DNA of 64,000 nt from Chloroflexota bacterium (GTDB taxonomy: Bacteria > Chloroflexota > UBA11872 > UBA12225). Below are positions 36,630-45,177 of this stretch, in pieces. The position numbers and the translations under genes are program-made. Position 1 is the first letter of the stretch. Each line of letters opens with the position of its first letter. Where the stretch lies: the NCBI GenBank assembly GCA_947446285.1, contig CANFGH010000002.1, positions 8,000 to 71,999 of the forward strand. The letters are read 5' to 3'. The notes below the pieces were generated by a model. The model saw only the letters and a program-made list of their open reading frames with translations, was not told the DNA's origin and did not search any database.

Positions 36630-39600
36630 TCACTCCCCGCGCCCACTTGGCAAGAGCCCGGTATTCCCAGATCCCCCTTCCAAAGGTGGGCCAAGAGAAC
36701 CATCCTGGTATCCGGCAGGATGCGTCGGGAACCTACTCCCCTCCCCCGTTGCGACGGGTGAGGGGTTGGTGGTGGGGGTATCCAATCGATCGGGAATTCC
36801 GAGAAAAGCGTAGTTGAACCCGGGTTGGGGTTGCGGAGCCAACACCACCGGTGCGTTCGGCACGGACGATGGGGCGGGAGACGCGCGAAGACCGAACCGT
36901 TCAACGATCTCTTGCAGCTGCGCGGTGAAGACGTCCTCACCAAAGTCCCGACTTCGCATCAGGGCGCCTGCCCGAAGTCGCGAGGCGAGTGCCGGATCAT
37001 TCGCAACCTGGACCGTCCTCGACTTCCACGCGTCACGTGTCGTCCATGTGAACCCGGATATTCCGTCCGCCACGATCTCAGGTTGTGCACCCTTTCCGAT
37101 TACCACCGGCACGCACCCCGCGGCCATTGCTTCGACCGTGGTGATCCCGAAGTGTTCGAACAGGATCGGATCCCGGTTCTCATCGTTTCCGAACCCGGTC
37201 GCGTGCCAGAAGATCGTGGCGCGTTCATAAAGGGCGGTCAGCATGTCCGCCGGGGCGTCAACGTGAAGGTGAACCGGCAACCCGGATGCTAGCGCCCGGC
37301 ATCTGGCGAGGTACTTCTGATGGCGCGCCTCCGGCATGGATCCACCCACGAGGTGGAGTTCCCATCCCGGCACCACACCCTCGCGCACGAGTTCACCAAA
37401 TGTGCGGATCATCTCATCGTGCTTCTTATTGTGGCTTCCCTGGAAGAAGCGACCGACGCCTAGGATGATCCGGTCCCGGGACGCCCGAGGCGTGAATTGC
37501 GCGACATCGACGGGCGGGTACAGGATGTCGGTCCCGCGCACCGACCAGTACTTCGCCAGCCACGTATCCGTGAACCGGGAAATCGGGAGGACCGCGTCGT
37601 AGGTCGACAGGTATTCCATCGCCCGCGGATCCGGGAGGCCATGCAGCCTGCGCGAAAGTTCCGGCACCAGGCGTTCGAACAGGAGTTCATAGAGATGGTG
37701 GCGCGGATGGCGAACCATCACCCGCGCAACTGCCACTCCCAGTTCGCGATAGTCATCAGGGTCGGACGCATCACCACCGTTCTCAAAGGGACGGTACACC
37801 GGGGACGAGATGGTTATCTCGACTGATCCGGAGGCCGTCAAGTGGCCCGGGATGCGTGCGTCAATCGTCTGGTAATTGCCGGGTGTCGTTGCAACGTCAC
37901 CACTCCAGAGGGCGACACTGCCCTCCCCTTCATGTGGCGCTTGCTCTACTCCACGATCATCGCGAGGTCGTAAATCTCCTGGCGCGCGCGCGGTGATTGT
38001 GACCCTCACCGGCGCTGTCCCCGCCGGACGGAAGCTGCCAAGCACAATCCGCGAATTCAATTCGCACCCCGGCCAAGGAGTTTCCAGAACCACCTGTCCA
38101 TGCCCCGCCGTGAACCGGTAGCGGCTACCAGCCAGTTCCTGAGGCCCGAAAAAGCCAGTGCCGTAGCGCGGGATGAGAAGTTGCCGGTGGAGGCGTGCCC
38201 CAACCCATGCCTTGAACCGGCCAAACGCAGTCGTGTCAAGAGGAAACGGGAACAGGACAAGCAGGATGGACCGATGCGCCATTGTCGGCAGGCATGACAT
38301 GAAACTTGCGTTGACGAACAGGTCGTACTCCGCCGTCAACTCGCGCAACTGGTCAAATGGGAGCAACGGTGTCGTCCGGACCGTCACGCCATCAAGATCG
38401 AGCCCAAATCGTGCACTCAGGCGGTCGATCGAGACCGGCACGTGGGTGATGAGTTCAACGTCAAAACCCGACTTCGCCAGGACCTGCGCCGCCATCCCCA
38501 TGTGGCGTTCACCACCACCCATCGTCGCGAGGAACTGGTTGTAGATGCCTACCCGCATTCCAGATGCTGTTCGTGGGCTACGCGCGACCTGCCCTCGGAC
38601 CCTGGCCAATCCCGGTGCCCGGACCGCACCCATCCACTGAGTGATCACCGCGTCAGGCACCAGCCGGGAAGCATTGATTGCACGTCGATCCCGCAGCACC
38701 CCGGGCAAGTCACGCAACCAGGACCACACCACACGCGCCTGCATCCGTGTCCGTGAGGCATGGGGACCGCGTTGGCGGTGACGGATGGCCCAGTAGGCGA
38801 CACGGGCGACATTCAAGCCCAGTTCACCGACATAGCGACCCGCTTCGGTCATCGCGAGGCGCCATGGTGCCAGTTTCATGAGCATCAAGGGCCGGTTGCG
38901 TTCGACGTTGTAGGTGAACAGGGGCGACCACTCACCACTGCTTGCCGCATGTTCGTGCTGGACCACGGCGTCAGGCGCAAAGACAACCGTCCATCCGTGG
39001 ATCCGCAGACGCCATGACAGGTCCAGATCCTCGTAATACATGAAGTAGCGTTCGTCGAAGTACCCGACCTCGTCAAGCGCCGCCTTCCGCAACATCACCG
39101 AGGCCCCACAAAAGAAGAAGACCTCTTCCCGCAGGTCATACCGACCGTCGTCGGGTTGGTGCGAGACTTGCCCGGCATCCACGACCGTTCCCCGGTCGCG
39201 TCCACTGCCATCCGACAGGAGCATCCCACCAGCGTTCTGGATCTGGCCACGTCTCGCGCCATCATCGGGAAAGAGCAGCTTTGCGGTCGCGGCCCCCGCA
39301 CGAGGTTCGGCTTCCATGGTGTCCACCAAGGCCCGTAGCCAACCCGGGCGAACTCGTGTGTCCGAGTTCAGCAGCACCACAAACGGACCCGGCGCATCGC
39401 GCATCGCCGGGTTGTTGCCCCGTCCGAATCCCCAGTTTCTGGGGTTGCGCCGTACACGGACCCACGGATGGTTCGCCTCAACCCACTCGGCAGATCCGTC
39501 CGTCGAGGCATTGTCAACGACCACCGTCTCCCATCGACCGGCCAGATAGTCCGTCTGCGCAACGGCCTCGAGGCATGGTGGAAGCAGGCGTCGCCCATTC

Positions 39601-39662
39601 CAGTTGAGAACAACCACCGTGACGAACGGCGGCACCGTACCGGTCTCGCCCGTGGCCGTCAT
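36630..39662 (-). CDS. Multidomain glycosyltransferase: N-terminal GT2 domain plus GT4 domain with an internal insert
   Basis: 1010-aa ORF. GT2: VVVLNWNGRRLLPPCLEAV..VVVDNASTDGS..LLNSDTRV. GT4: MRVGIYNQFLATMGGGERH ... EHFGITTVEAMAAGCVPVVIGKGAQPEIVADGISG. The C-terminal tail reads through a hairpin repeat (PSPVATGEGS). ATGA overlap with wzt at 39659-39662. Confidence 0.85.
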   Translation of the reverse strand: MTATGETGTVPPFVTVVVLNWNGRRLLPPCLEAVAQTDYLAGRWETVVVDNASTDGSAEWVEANHPWVRVRRNPRNWGFGRGNNPAMRDAPGPFVVLLNSDTRVRPGWLRALVDTMEAEPRAGAATAKLLFPDDGARRGQIQNAGGMLLSDGSGRDRGTVVDAGQVSHQPDDGRYDLREEVFFFCGASVMLRKAALDEVGYFDERYFMYYEDLDLSWRLRIHGWTVVFAPDAVVQHEHAASSGEWSPLFTYNVERNRPLMLMKLAPWRLAMTEAGRYVGELGLNVARVAYWAIRHRQRGPHASRTRMQARVVWSWLRDLPGVLRDRRAINASRLVPDAVITQWMGAVRAPGLARVRGQVARSPRTASGMRVGIYNQFLATMGGGERHMGMAAQVLAKSGFDVELITHVPVSIDRLSARFGLDLDGVTVRTTPLLPFDQLRELTAEYDLFVNASFMSCLPTMAHRSILLVLFPFPLDTTAFGRFKAWVGARLHRQLLIPRYGTGFFGPQELAGSRYRFTAGHGQVVLETPWPGCELNSRIVLGSFRPAGTAPVRVTITARAPGDLRPRDDRGVEQAPHEGEGSVALWSGDVATTPGNYQTIDARIPGHLTASGSVEITISSPVYRPFENGGDASDPDDYRELGVAVARVMVRHPRHHLYELLFERLVPELSRRLHGLPDPRAMEYLSTYDAVLPISRFTDTWLAKYWSVRGTDILYPPVDVAQFTPRASRDRIILGVGRFFQGSHNKKHDEMIRTFGELVREGVVPGWELHLVGGSMPEARHQKYLARCRALASGLPVHLHVDAPADMLTALYERATIFWHATGFGNDENRDPILFEHFGITTVEAMAAGCVPVVIGKGAQPEIVADGISGFTWTTRDAWKSRTVQVANDPALASRLRAGALMRSRDFGEDVFTAQLQEIVERFGLRASPAPSSVPNAPVVLAPQPQPGFNYAFLGIPDRLDTPTTNPSPVATGEGSRFPTHPAGYQDGSLGPPLEGGSGNTGLLPSGRGE
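36738..36765. repeat. GC-rich hairpin repeat copy inside the 3' end of the GT2-GT4 gene
   Basis: cccctcccccg-ttgcga-cgggtgagggg: 11-bp stem with 1 mismatch. Translated on the minus strand as PSPVATGEGS. Confidence 0.85.
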
Positions 39663-41569
39663 TCGACCCAGACCTCACGCACCGCAACCCCGAGGATGCG
39701 ACGGTCGGTCCCGGCGGGGTCAAGCAGGACCGGTCGTTCCACCTCGATGGAGACCGTGATCTCGCGCGGGGTATCCACTGGTTCGATCGGGAAGGTATAG
39801 GGTTCCAGGAGCGCGGCGCCGAGCGTCAGTCGCCCGACCTGTCCACCGTCCACCCGGATTGTCACGATCACCGGGTCGACATCATCGGCACGTGCATGGG
39901 GTCTGCACAGGGTCACTCCAAGCGCGGTTGCCCACTCATCCTGCGTCAGGAACATCGTCCCGACCGGCAATCGCCGCATGCTTCCCTCTCCCGTCGCAAC
40001 CGGGGAAAGCGCCTGCCCGCTTCGGCCGTGGGCATCACCAGCGACAGCCCCGGTTGTAGAAGGGTGAAGGGGTAGGCGTCCGCCGGCATCTGCGTCAGCA
40101 GTCGCACCCAACGAACCACCGTCACCATCAATCCAGCCGGTCCATCTGATCGCCGGAGGCCAATCTTCTGGAGCGTGCCATCCTGGTCCAAGGAATTCAT
40201 CCTCGCCACCGCCGACTGTCAGTCGTGATGGTGCCGGAAGGAACCGCCCGTGAAACCCCCGACCCGCTCGCGACTCGTGTGTCGGCAAGGAGGGTGTGGG
40301 GTCAGTCCGGACAAGCGCATCGTCGGGCCACTCCCACTCAAGCCGTGGGGCGAGCAGTCCAGCAGTGAGGATCCTAGGCGTCTCGACGGCGACACTGGCC
40401 GCCCTTGTCAGGCGGTGATCTGGCGGATCGCCATCTTCCGGTGAAGCGCCATCCAACCAGAGGCCGGCCGAAACCGAGTACAGGCCGGGTGCCAACGGGA
40501 GGCCCTCCGTCGTCACGACCACCGCGCCATCGCCCACCGGGAGGTCATGCCTTGCCCCAGTCGATCCGGCCCCAAGAACGTACGTGCCACCGTCGCGATG
40601 CACCGCCACACCGAACGACACCCCAGATACCGGTTCGCGCACCGAGTATCGAAGTCGCATCCGCCACACATCGCCCGGCGCGCGGACCGTCCGCACATCG
40701 CGGAATGGCGTCTGCGTGCCCTCACCATTTTCGAGGAGGTCGACACCGGTAAGCGCGACTGGTCCACGCGGCGTCCCGTATGGGTCGGTTGGGGGCCCTT
40801 CCGGAACAACACCGGCGCCGTGGGTCGTTGTCGTTGCGAGGTACGCCCTTAGCACATCGAGGGCAGGGCCTGCCGCCTGCACCTTGCCTCGTTCCAGCCA
40901 AACCGCATCGTCGCAGAAACGGCGGACTGCACCCGGGTCGTGCGTGACGAACAGGATCGTCCGTCCCTGCGCCTTCGCCGTCGCCAGCGCCGCAAGGCAT
41001 TTCTGACGGAAAGCAGCGTCGCCGACGGCAAGCACCTCATCGACGATCAGGATGTCCGGTTCAACCGAGAGGGCAACCGCAAACCCGAGACGCATGTACA
41101 TGCCCGACGAGTAGTGCTTGACCGGCTGGTCGATGAACTGTTCGAGTTCCGAGAACGCGATGATCTCGTCAAGGCGCTTCGCCATGTCGCCATGCGAACG
41201 TCCCAGGAATGCGCCATTCAGGAAGACATTCTCGCGACCCGACAGGTCAGGATGGAACCCAGCCGCCAGTTCGAGCAGGCCGAAGACCTTGCCGTTGGCG
41301 ATCATCCGTCCCGATGTCGGTTGCATCGTCCCGGCAAGCAGCTTGAGCAATGTGCTTTTCCCAGCACCATTGCGCCCGATGATCCCAAGTGTCCGTCCCG
41401 CCTCAACTGAGAAGGAGACCCCGTCCAGGGCCCAGAACTCGTCACGTTGCCCAAACGCCTGTCCACCCTGGAAGAGGGCCAAGGCGGCTTCCTGAAAGGT
41501 TCGGGCGCGCCCGCGCCGGATCACAAACCGTTTGCGGACGTCTTCACACCGCACTGCGACACGCGCCAT
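39659..41569 (-). CDS. wzt: ABC transporter ATP-binding protein, Wzt/TagH type, with ~390-aa C-terminal extension
   Basis: Start taken at MARVAVRCEDV, 7 nt after the wzm stop. Walker A GRNGAGKST, signature YSSGMYMRLGFA, Walker B ILIVDE. Followed by a beta-rich Wzt_C-like region and a second domain (FLGPGWHAPEDWPPAIRWTG ... ILGVAVREVWVE). Confidence 0.88.
   Translation of the reverse strand: MARVAVRCEDVRKRFVIRRGRARTFQEAALALFQGGQAFGQRDEFWALDGVSFSVEAGRTLGIIGRNGAGKSTLLKLLAGTMQPTSGRMIANGKVFGLLELAAGFHPDLSGRENVFLNGAFLGRSHGDMAKRLDEIIAFSELEQFIDQPVKHYSSGMYMRLGFAVALSVEPDILIVDEVLAVGDAAFRQKCLAALATAKAQGRTILFVTHDPGAVRRFCDDAVWLERGKVQAAGPALDVLRAYLATTTTHGAGVVPEGPPTDPYGTPRGPVALTGVDLLENGEGTQTPFRDVRTVRAPGDVWRMRLRYSVREPVSGVSFGVAVHRDGGTYVLGAGSTGARHDLPVGDGAVVVTTEGLPLAPGLYSVSAGLWLDGASPEDGDPPDHRLTRAASVAVETPRILTAGLLAPRLEWEWPDDALVRTDPTPSLPTHESRAGRGFHGRFLPAPSRLTVGGGEDEFLGPGWHAPEDWPPAIRWTGWIDGDGGSLGATADADAGGRLPLHPSTTGAVAGDAHGRSGQALSPVATGEGSMRRLPVGTMFLTQDEWATALGVTLCRPHARADDVDPVIVTIRVDGGQVGRLTLGAALLEPYTFPIEPVDTPREITVSIEVERPVLLDPAGTDRRILGVAVREVWVE
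39980..40010. repeat. GC-rich hairpin repeat copy inside the wzt C-terminal extension
   Basis: gcttccctctcccgtcgcaaccggggaaagc. Translated on the minus strand as LSPVATGEGS, the same frame and peptide as the 36738 copy. Confidence 0.8.
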
Positions 41570-41576
41570 GGTGCGG

Positions 41577-42449
41577 TCAGACCTCCTCGGCGAAAGCTGG
41601 GGCAACCCGGCGGAACGCCCACCACCCTGCACCAAGCAGCGCGATGCCGATCACGAACGGTATCAGCGTATGCCGGATGATCGGCGTCTCGTACAGCATC
41701 ACGTAGCGGTAGTCCGTTATCAGCGTCGCCATCGGGTTCAGCGTGTAGACCAATCGCCACACGTCAATGCCGAGGAACTGGTTCGGTAGCAACTCGAGTT
41801 CGTAGAAGACCGGCGTCAGGAAGAACCACGCGGTCAAGGCAACCTCGAGGACCTGTTCCGTATCCCGGTAGAAGACATTGAGCGCCGCCAACATCATGGA
41901 GATGCCCGTAACGATCATGACCTCGATCAGGATCACCAGAGGCAAGGCGAAGATCCACCCGTTCCACCGCGCCCCAAGCAGCAGCGCGAGTGGGAGGAAC
42001 ACGGCCAAACTCAACAGGAAGTTGACGAGGTTCGCAATCACCACGGAGAGTGGCAGGATCTCCCTCGGGAAATAGACCTTATCGATCAGGTGGGCATTTC
42101 CAGTCACACTGCGCGTGGCGCCACTGATTGCCCCGGCAAGAAAGTTCCAAGGCAACAGTCCGGCGAGAACAAACAGCGGATAGTTCCGCACCGACTGGGG
42201 CTTCACGACCTGGAAGACGATCGTGAAGACAAGCATCATCAGCAGTGGGTTCAGAAGCGACCAGACGAACCCCAAGGCGGATCGTCGGTACCGCACCGCA
42301 AGGTCACGTGAAACGAGACTTCTCAGCAGATCGCGGTAGTGCCAGAGTTCGCGGAAAACCGAGACCGCCCCTCCCAATCGCCCCTGATTGGAAGATGGTT
42401 CGCTTGGCCCACCCCATCGCCCCTGATTAGAAGGCGTGTCGCCTGCCAT
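41577..42449 (-). CDS. wzm: ABC-2 type polysaccharide exporter permease, Wzm type
   Basis: FRELWHYRDLLRSLVSRDLAVRYRRSALGFVWSLLNPLLMMLVF plus 6 TM segments. Start is uncertain: ATG 42449 or 42464 would include repeat-derived PSNQGRWGG/SSNQGRLGG codons. A TTG at ~42362 would give a canonical short N-terminus. Confidence 0.85.
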   Translation of the reverse strand: MAGDTPSNQGRWGGPSEPSSNQGRLGGAVSVFRELWHYRDLLRSLVSRDLAVRYRRSALGFVWSLLNPLLMMLVFTIVFQVVKPQSVRNYPLFVLAGLLPWNFLAGAISGATRSVTGNAHLIDKVYFPREILPLSVVIANLVNFLLSLAVFLPLALLLGARWNGWIFALPLVILIEVMIVTGISMMLAALNVFYRDTEQVLEVALTAWFFLTPVFYELELLPNQFLGIDVWRLVYTLNPMATLITDYRYVMLYETPIIRHTLIPFVIGIALLGAGWWAFRRVAPAFAEEV

Positions 42450-42642
42450 CGGGTCCGCGGGCATCCCCGCCCGTCCGTTGGATCCACCCCATCCACCTGA
42501 TGAACTCGCCCCAGTCAGCCCGGGTAGAGGTACATTGGAACCGCCTTCAGATGCTGAATGCCCGGGCGTGGGCACCAACGTCGGAATCCCACTCATTCGC
42601 CGAACCCCGTCGCCCCTGCCATACGTACGCTGCGCTTGGTCG
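42367..42642 (+). repeat. Cluster of four copies of the CCCCATCGCCCCTGATT repeat family upstream of, or in the first codons of, wzm
   Basis: 42367: gcccctcccaatcgcccctgattggaagatggttcgcttggcc. 42408: cccaccccatcgcccctgattagaaggcgtgtcgcc. 42484: ccaccccatccacctgatgaactcgcc. 42604: accccgtcgcccctgccatacgtacgctgcgcttggtcg. Confidence 0.8.
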
Positions 42643-42705
42643 TACTCGCCACTCGCATCTAACGGTGCGGCAAATGTGCGGGTACCGCGAGACGCACCCG
42701 GGAGG

Positions 42706-43026
42706 TCAGTCCGATTGCATCGCACGTGCCCGCGCAATCTCGTCCGGTTCGGCAGGCGCGACACCATCGACTTCTGCGTGGGCCGCCTCGGATTCAAAGG
42801 CAAGTTTCACGTGATAGGCGATGTCGGGTGTGAACCACTCGTCGATCGTGCGAGCAAGTTCGCGCACGCGCATCGTCTCGAACTGGATTTCCAGTTCCTC
42901 GCGTGTGAAGACGCCCTTGGCAATCAGCACCTCGGCCATTGCCCGCATCTGAACGTAGGCAACGATGGAGTGGCCTGCCACGCTCATCATCATGCGCGCA
43001 ATCGGCGCGTCCACCTCGTCAGACAT
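42706..43026 (-). CDS. Small hypothetical protein (106 aa) heading the wzm-wzt operon
   Basis: ATG preceded by AGGAG at ~9 nt. Helical-looking sequence MSDEVDAPIARMMMSVAGHSIVAYVQMRAMAEVLIAKGVFTREELEIQFETMRVRELARTIDEW. No family recognised. Confidence 0.45.
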   Translation of the reverse strand: MSDEVDAPIARMMMSVAGHSIVAYVQMRAMAEVLIAKGVFTREELEIQFETMRVRELARTIDEWFTPDIAYHVKLAFESEAAHAEVDGVAPAEPDEIARARAMQSD

Positions 43027-43206
43027 CCCGGTCACTCCTGTGTCATCGGCGACCAGACGCGCCTTCCGGACGGGCCAATCGCTACCCTCACCAGTGTACG
43101 ATCCAGTCGACGCCCGCCGGCGACGATCTGGTGACGGCAAGATGAGTGGTAGGGAACCTCTGATGCACTCCTCTCCGCCAGGCCCGGATTCCAGTCAGGT
43201 GCACAA

Positions 43207-44229
43207 GTGAACCCACGAACGACGGTAATCATCGTCACATGGAATGGCCGGACCCATCTCGACGGCCTGATGCCTGCCCTCCTTGCCCAAGAGGCACCCG
43301 GTGGGTTCGAGGTGATCGTTGTCGACAACGACTCTCGTGATGGCACTCCCGAAGTCATCGCCGACCTCGCGTCCCGGGATTCCCGGGTCAAACTTATCCG
43401 CAACCCCACGAACGAGGGGTTCGCCCCAGCCAACAATCGCGCCACCAGTGAGGCGCGAGGCGAGTTTGTCGTGACCCTGAACAACGACACTGTCCCCGAA
43501 TCAGGATGGTTGGACGCCTTGGTCACAGGCGCTGCAAAGGACGAGCGGATCGGCAGCGTCGCAAGCCAGATGGTCTTTGCCCACGACCCGGACACGATCC
43601 AGTCTGCGGGGATCCGGATCGACCGTGCCGGCATCGCCTGGGATCGCGGATCCGGTGAACCCCGCATCAAGCCAGGGCCACTAGTCCCCGTCTTCGGTGC
43701 AAGTGCAGGTGCCGCCCTCTACCGCCGGGCAATGCTTCGCCAACTTGGTGGCTTCGATCCGTCGTACTTCATGTACCTCGAGGATGTCGACCTCGCGTGG
43801 CGCGCCCGACTCGCGGGATGGGAGAGCGTCGTCGCCCCCGCTTCGGTGGTCCGTCACGCTCACTCTGCCAGCGCCGGAGAGGGATCGCCGTTCAAGAACT
43901 GGCACCTCGGGCGAAACAAGGTCTGGACAATCGCGCGGTGCTACCCGGCACCCGGGCTTCTGGAATACCTGCCGGCCATTATCGGCTACGACCTCGCATC
44001 TTTGCCGTACACCATGGTTACCCGTCGTGACCTCAGCCCACTTCGGGGACGCATCGCCGCGCTTCGTGGCCTCAGGCCCATCCTTCGAAGCCGCACCCGC
44101 CTGCACCAGACCTATCCCGGAGGATGGAACCGCACGCGCGAGTGGATGGAACCGATCGAACTGCCCACGCGCGTCTTCGCGAGGTACCAGCGTCTCCGAG
44201 ACATCCTTTCCCACCGAGACGCCAGATAA
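43207..44229 (+). CDS. Glycosyltransferase, GT2 family
   Basis: 340-aa ORF, GTG start. VIIVTWNGRTHLDGLMPALLAQ..VIVVDNDSRDGT..NEGFAPANNRA..TLNNDT is a GT2 (rhamnosyltransferase-like) pattern. Divergent from the wzm operon. Confidence 0.88.
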   Translation: MNPRTTVIIVTWNGRTHLDGLMPALLAQEAPGGFEVIVVDNDSRDGTPEVIADLASRDSRVKLIRNPTNEGFAPANNRATSEARGEFVVTLNNDTVPESGWLDALVTGAAKDERIGSVASQMVFAHDPDTIQSAGIRIDRAGIAWDRGSGEPRIKPGPLVPVFGASAGAALYRRAMLRQLGGFDPSYFMYLEDVDLAWRARLAGWESVVAPASVVRHAHSASAGEGSPFKNWHLGRNKVWTIARCYPAPGLLEYLPAIIGYDLASLPYTMVTRRDLSPLRGRIAALRGLRPILRSRTRLHQTYPGGWNRTREWMEPIELPTRVFARYQRLRDILSHRDAR

Positions 44230-44274
44230 CTCCGAGGCATGACGGCCTCGCCAAGTCTCATCCCTTGAGAGACT

Positions 44275-44288
44275 AGAACATATGTGCT
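44275..44288. promoter_or_regulatory. Near-palindromic GAAC-N4-GTnC box (Cheo/SOS-box-like) upstream of recX
   Basis: AGAACATATGTGCT, one mismatch from the perfect palindrome AGAACATATGTTCT. Lies in a local AT-rich island. Confidence 0.35.
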
Positions 44289-44298
44289 CTTTTTCATG

Positions 44299-44310
44299 GT
44301 ACACTTGTTC
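44299..44310. promoter_or_regulatory. Second GnAC-N4-GTTC box upstream of recX
   Basis: GTACACTTGTTC, 23 bp downstream of the first box and immediately before the in-frame ATG 44314. Confidence 0.3.
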
Positions 44311-44313
44311 ATA

Positions 44314-45126
44314 ATGATCCGCCGACGCTTCTTGCGTGCCGGACGCGACCCGGACGCGCCCGCACCCATCCCGCTATCCATCTCAGACCTCTCCCCGTGG
44401 TCGGATGATTTGCAGGGTGACAGTATTTCCCTCATTCCATCGCACACCAGCCCTGTCAAAGTCGTCGGGCGGCAGTCTTGGAGTGCAGATACCAGGGGGA
44501 GACCAAGTACCGATGAATCACCGCTGGGTCGGACTCGGTCTGGGGCCCGGTCACCCGGCACCCGCCGACACCGTGACGCAAATGGTCCGCCAATCGAACC
44601 AGCTGGTGACCCGCGTCCTCGCGCCGCCGCCCGTGCGTTTGACGCCCTCGCCTCATGCGCGCACACCGTGAAGCAGATGCGAACCAGATTGACACGCGCC
44701 GGTTTCGAAGACGACGTGGTTACCGATACCGTGACACGATTGCTCGAACTCGGATACCTGAACGATGGGACGTACGCCGACTCCTGGGTCGCAACCCGGC
44801 GTGAACAACGCCTGCATGGCGAGGTTCGCCTCCGCCATGACTTGGCGCAAAGTGGCGTCGCCCCCGAGACCATCATCCTCGCCGTCGTCGACGATGGCGA
44901 GGAGCTGAACCGTGCCAGGGCCGCCATCGAGAGACGGGTCGGTTCCCTCGCCGGTTTGGACCGGGAAGCATTCTCGCGACGACTAGGATCGTTCCTCGCC
45001 CGACGTGGGTTCCGCGCGTCTATCGTCACCGCGGTTGTCCGCGATGCATTCGCCTCATCGGCAGACGACAGCGACCCTCCGGTTATCTCAGAGGATGAAC
45101 TGGACGCAAGCACCGACAGCGAGTGA
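44314..45126 (+). CDS. recX: Recombination regulator RecX
   Basis: C-terminal ~170 aa show RecX three-helix repeats: AFDALASCAHTVKQMRTRLTRAGFEDDVVTDTVTRLLELGYLNDGTYADSWV...FLARRGFRASIV. The N-terminal ~100 aa are Arg/Pro-rich and the start is uncertain (44284, 44296 or 44314 are in frame). Confidence 0.7.
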   Translation: MIRRRFLRAGRDPDAPAPIPLSISDLSPWSDDLQGDSISLIPSHTSPVKVVGRQSWSADTRGRPSTDESPLGRTRSGARSPGTRRHRDANGPPIEPAGDPRPRAAARAFDALASCAHTVKQMRTRLTRAGFEDDVVTDTVTRLLELGYLNDGTYADSWVATRREQRLHGEVRLRHDLAQSGVAPETIILAVVDDGEELNRARAAIERRVGSLAGLDREAFSRRLGSFLARRGFRASIVTAVVRDAFASSADDSDPPVISEDELDASTDSE

Positions 45127-45177
45127 ACCCTGCAAGTCACCAACCGCGCGGACTCCGCGGTGGCCTATGATCGCCAA

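Noticed and set aside
42360-42650. CRISPR array, suggested by short repeats with a ~39-bp period at 42.37-42.45 kb and dispersed copies elsewhere.
   Set aside because: Only two copies are regularly spaced. Repeats are imperfect (70-85% identity) and the spacers are not unique-length units. No cas genes are present in the window, and copies occur singly in both orientations across the window.
44336-44671. Possible frameshift in the recX N-terminal third. The alternative frame reads ..NHRWVGLGLGPGHPAPADTVTQMVRQSNQLVTRVLA.., which superficially resembles RecX N-terminal regions.
   Set aside because: The resemblance is weak. Both frames are open, as often happens at high GC, and I cannot locate a convincing switch point. 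I kept the single-frame call with an uncertain start. An alignment to orthologs would settle it.
44112-45143. 343-aa ORF on the minus strand covering the recX region.
   Set aside because: The translation is Ser/Arg-rich with no recognisable domain. The plus-strand frame carries clear RecX repeats. Treated as a shadow ORF.
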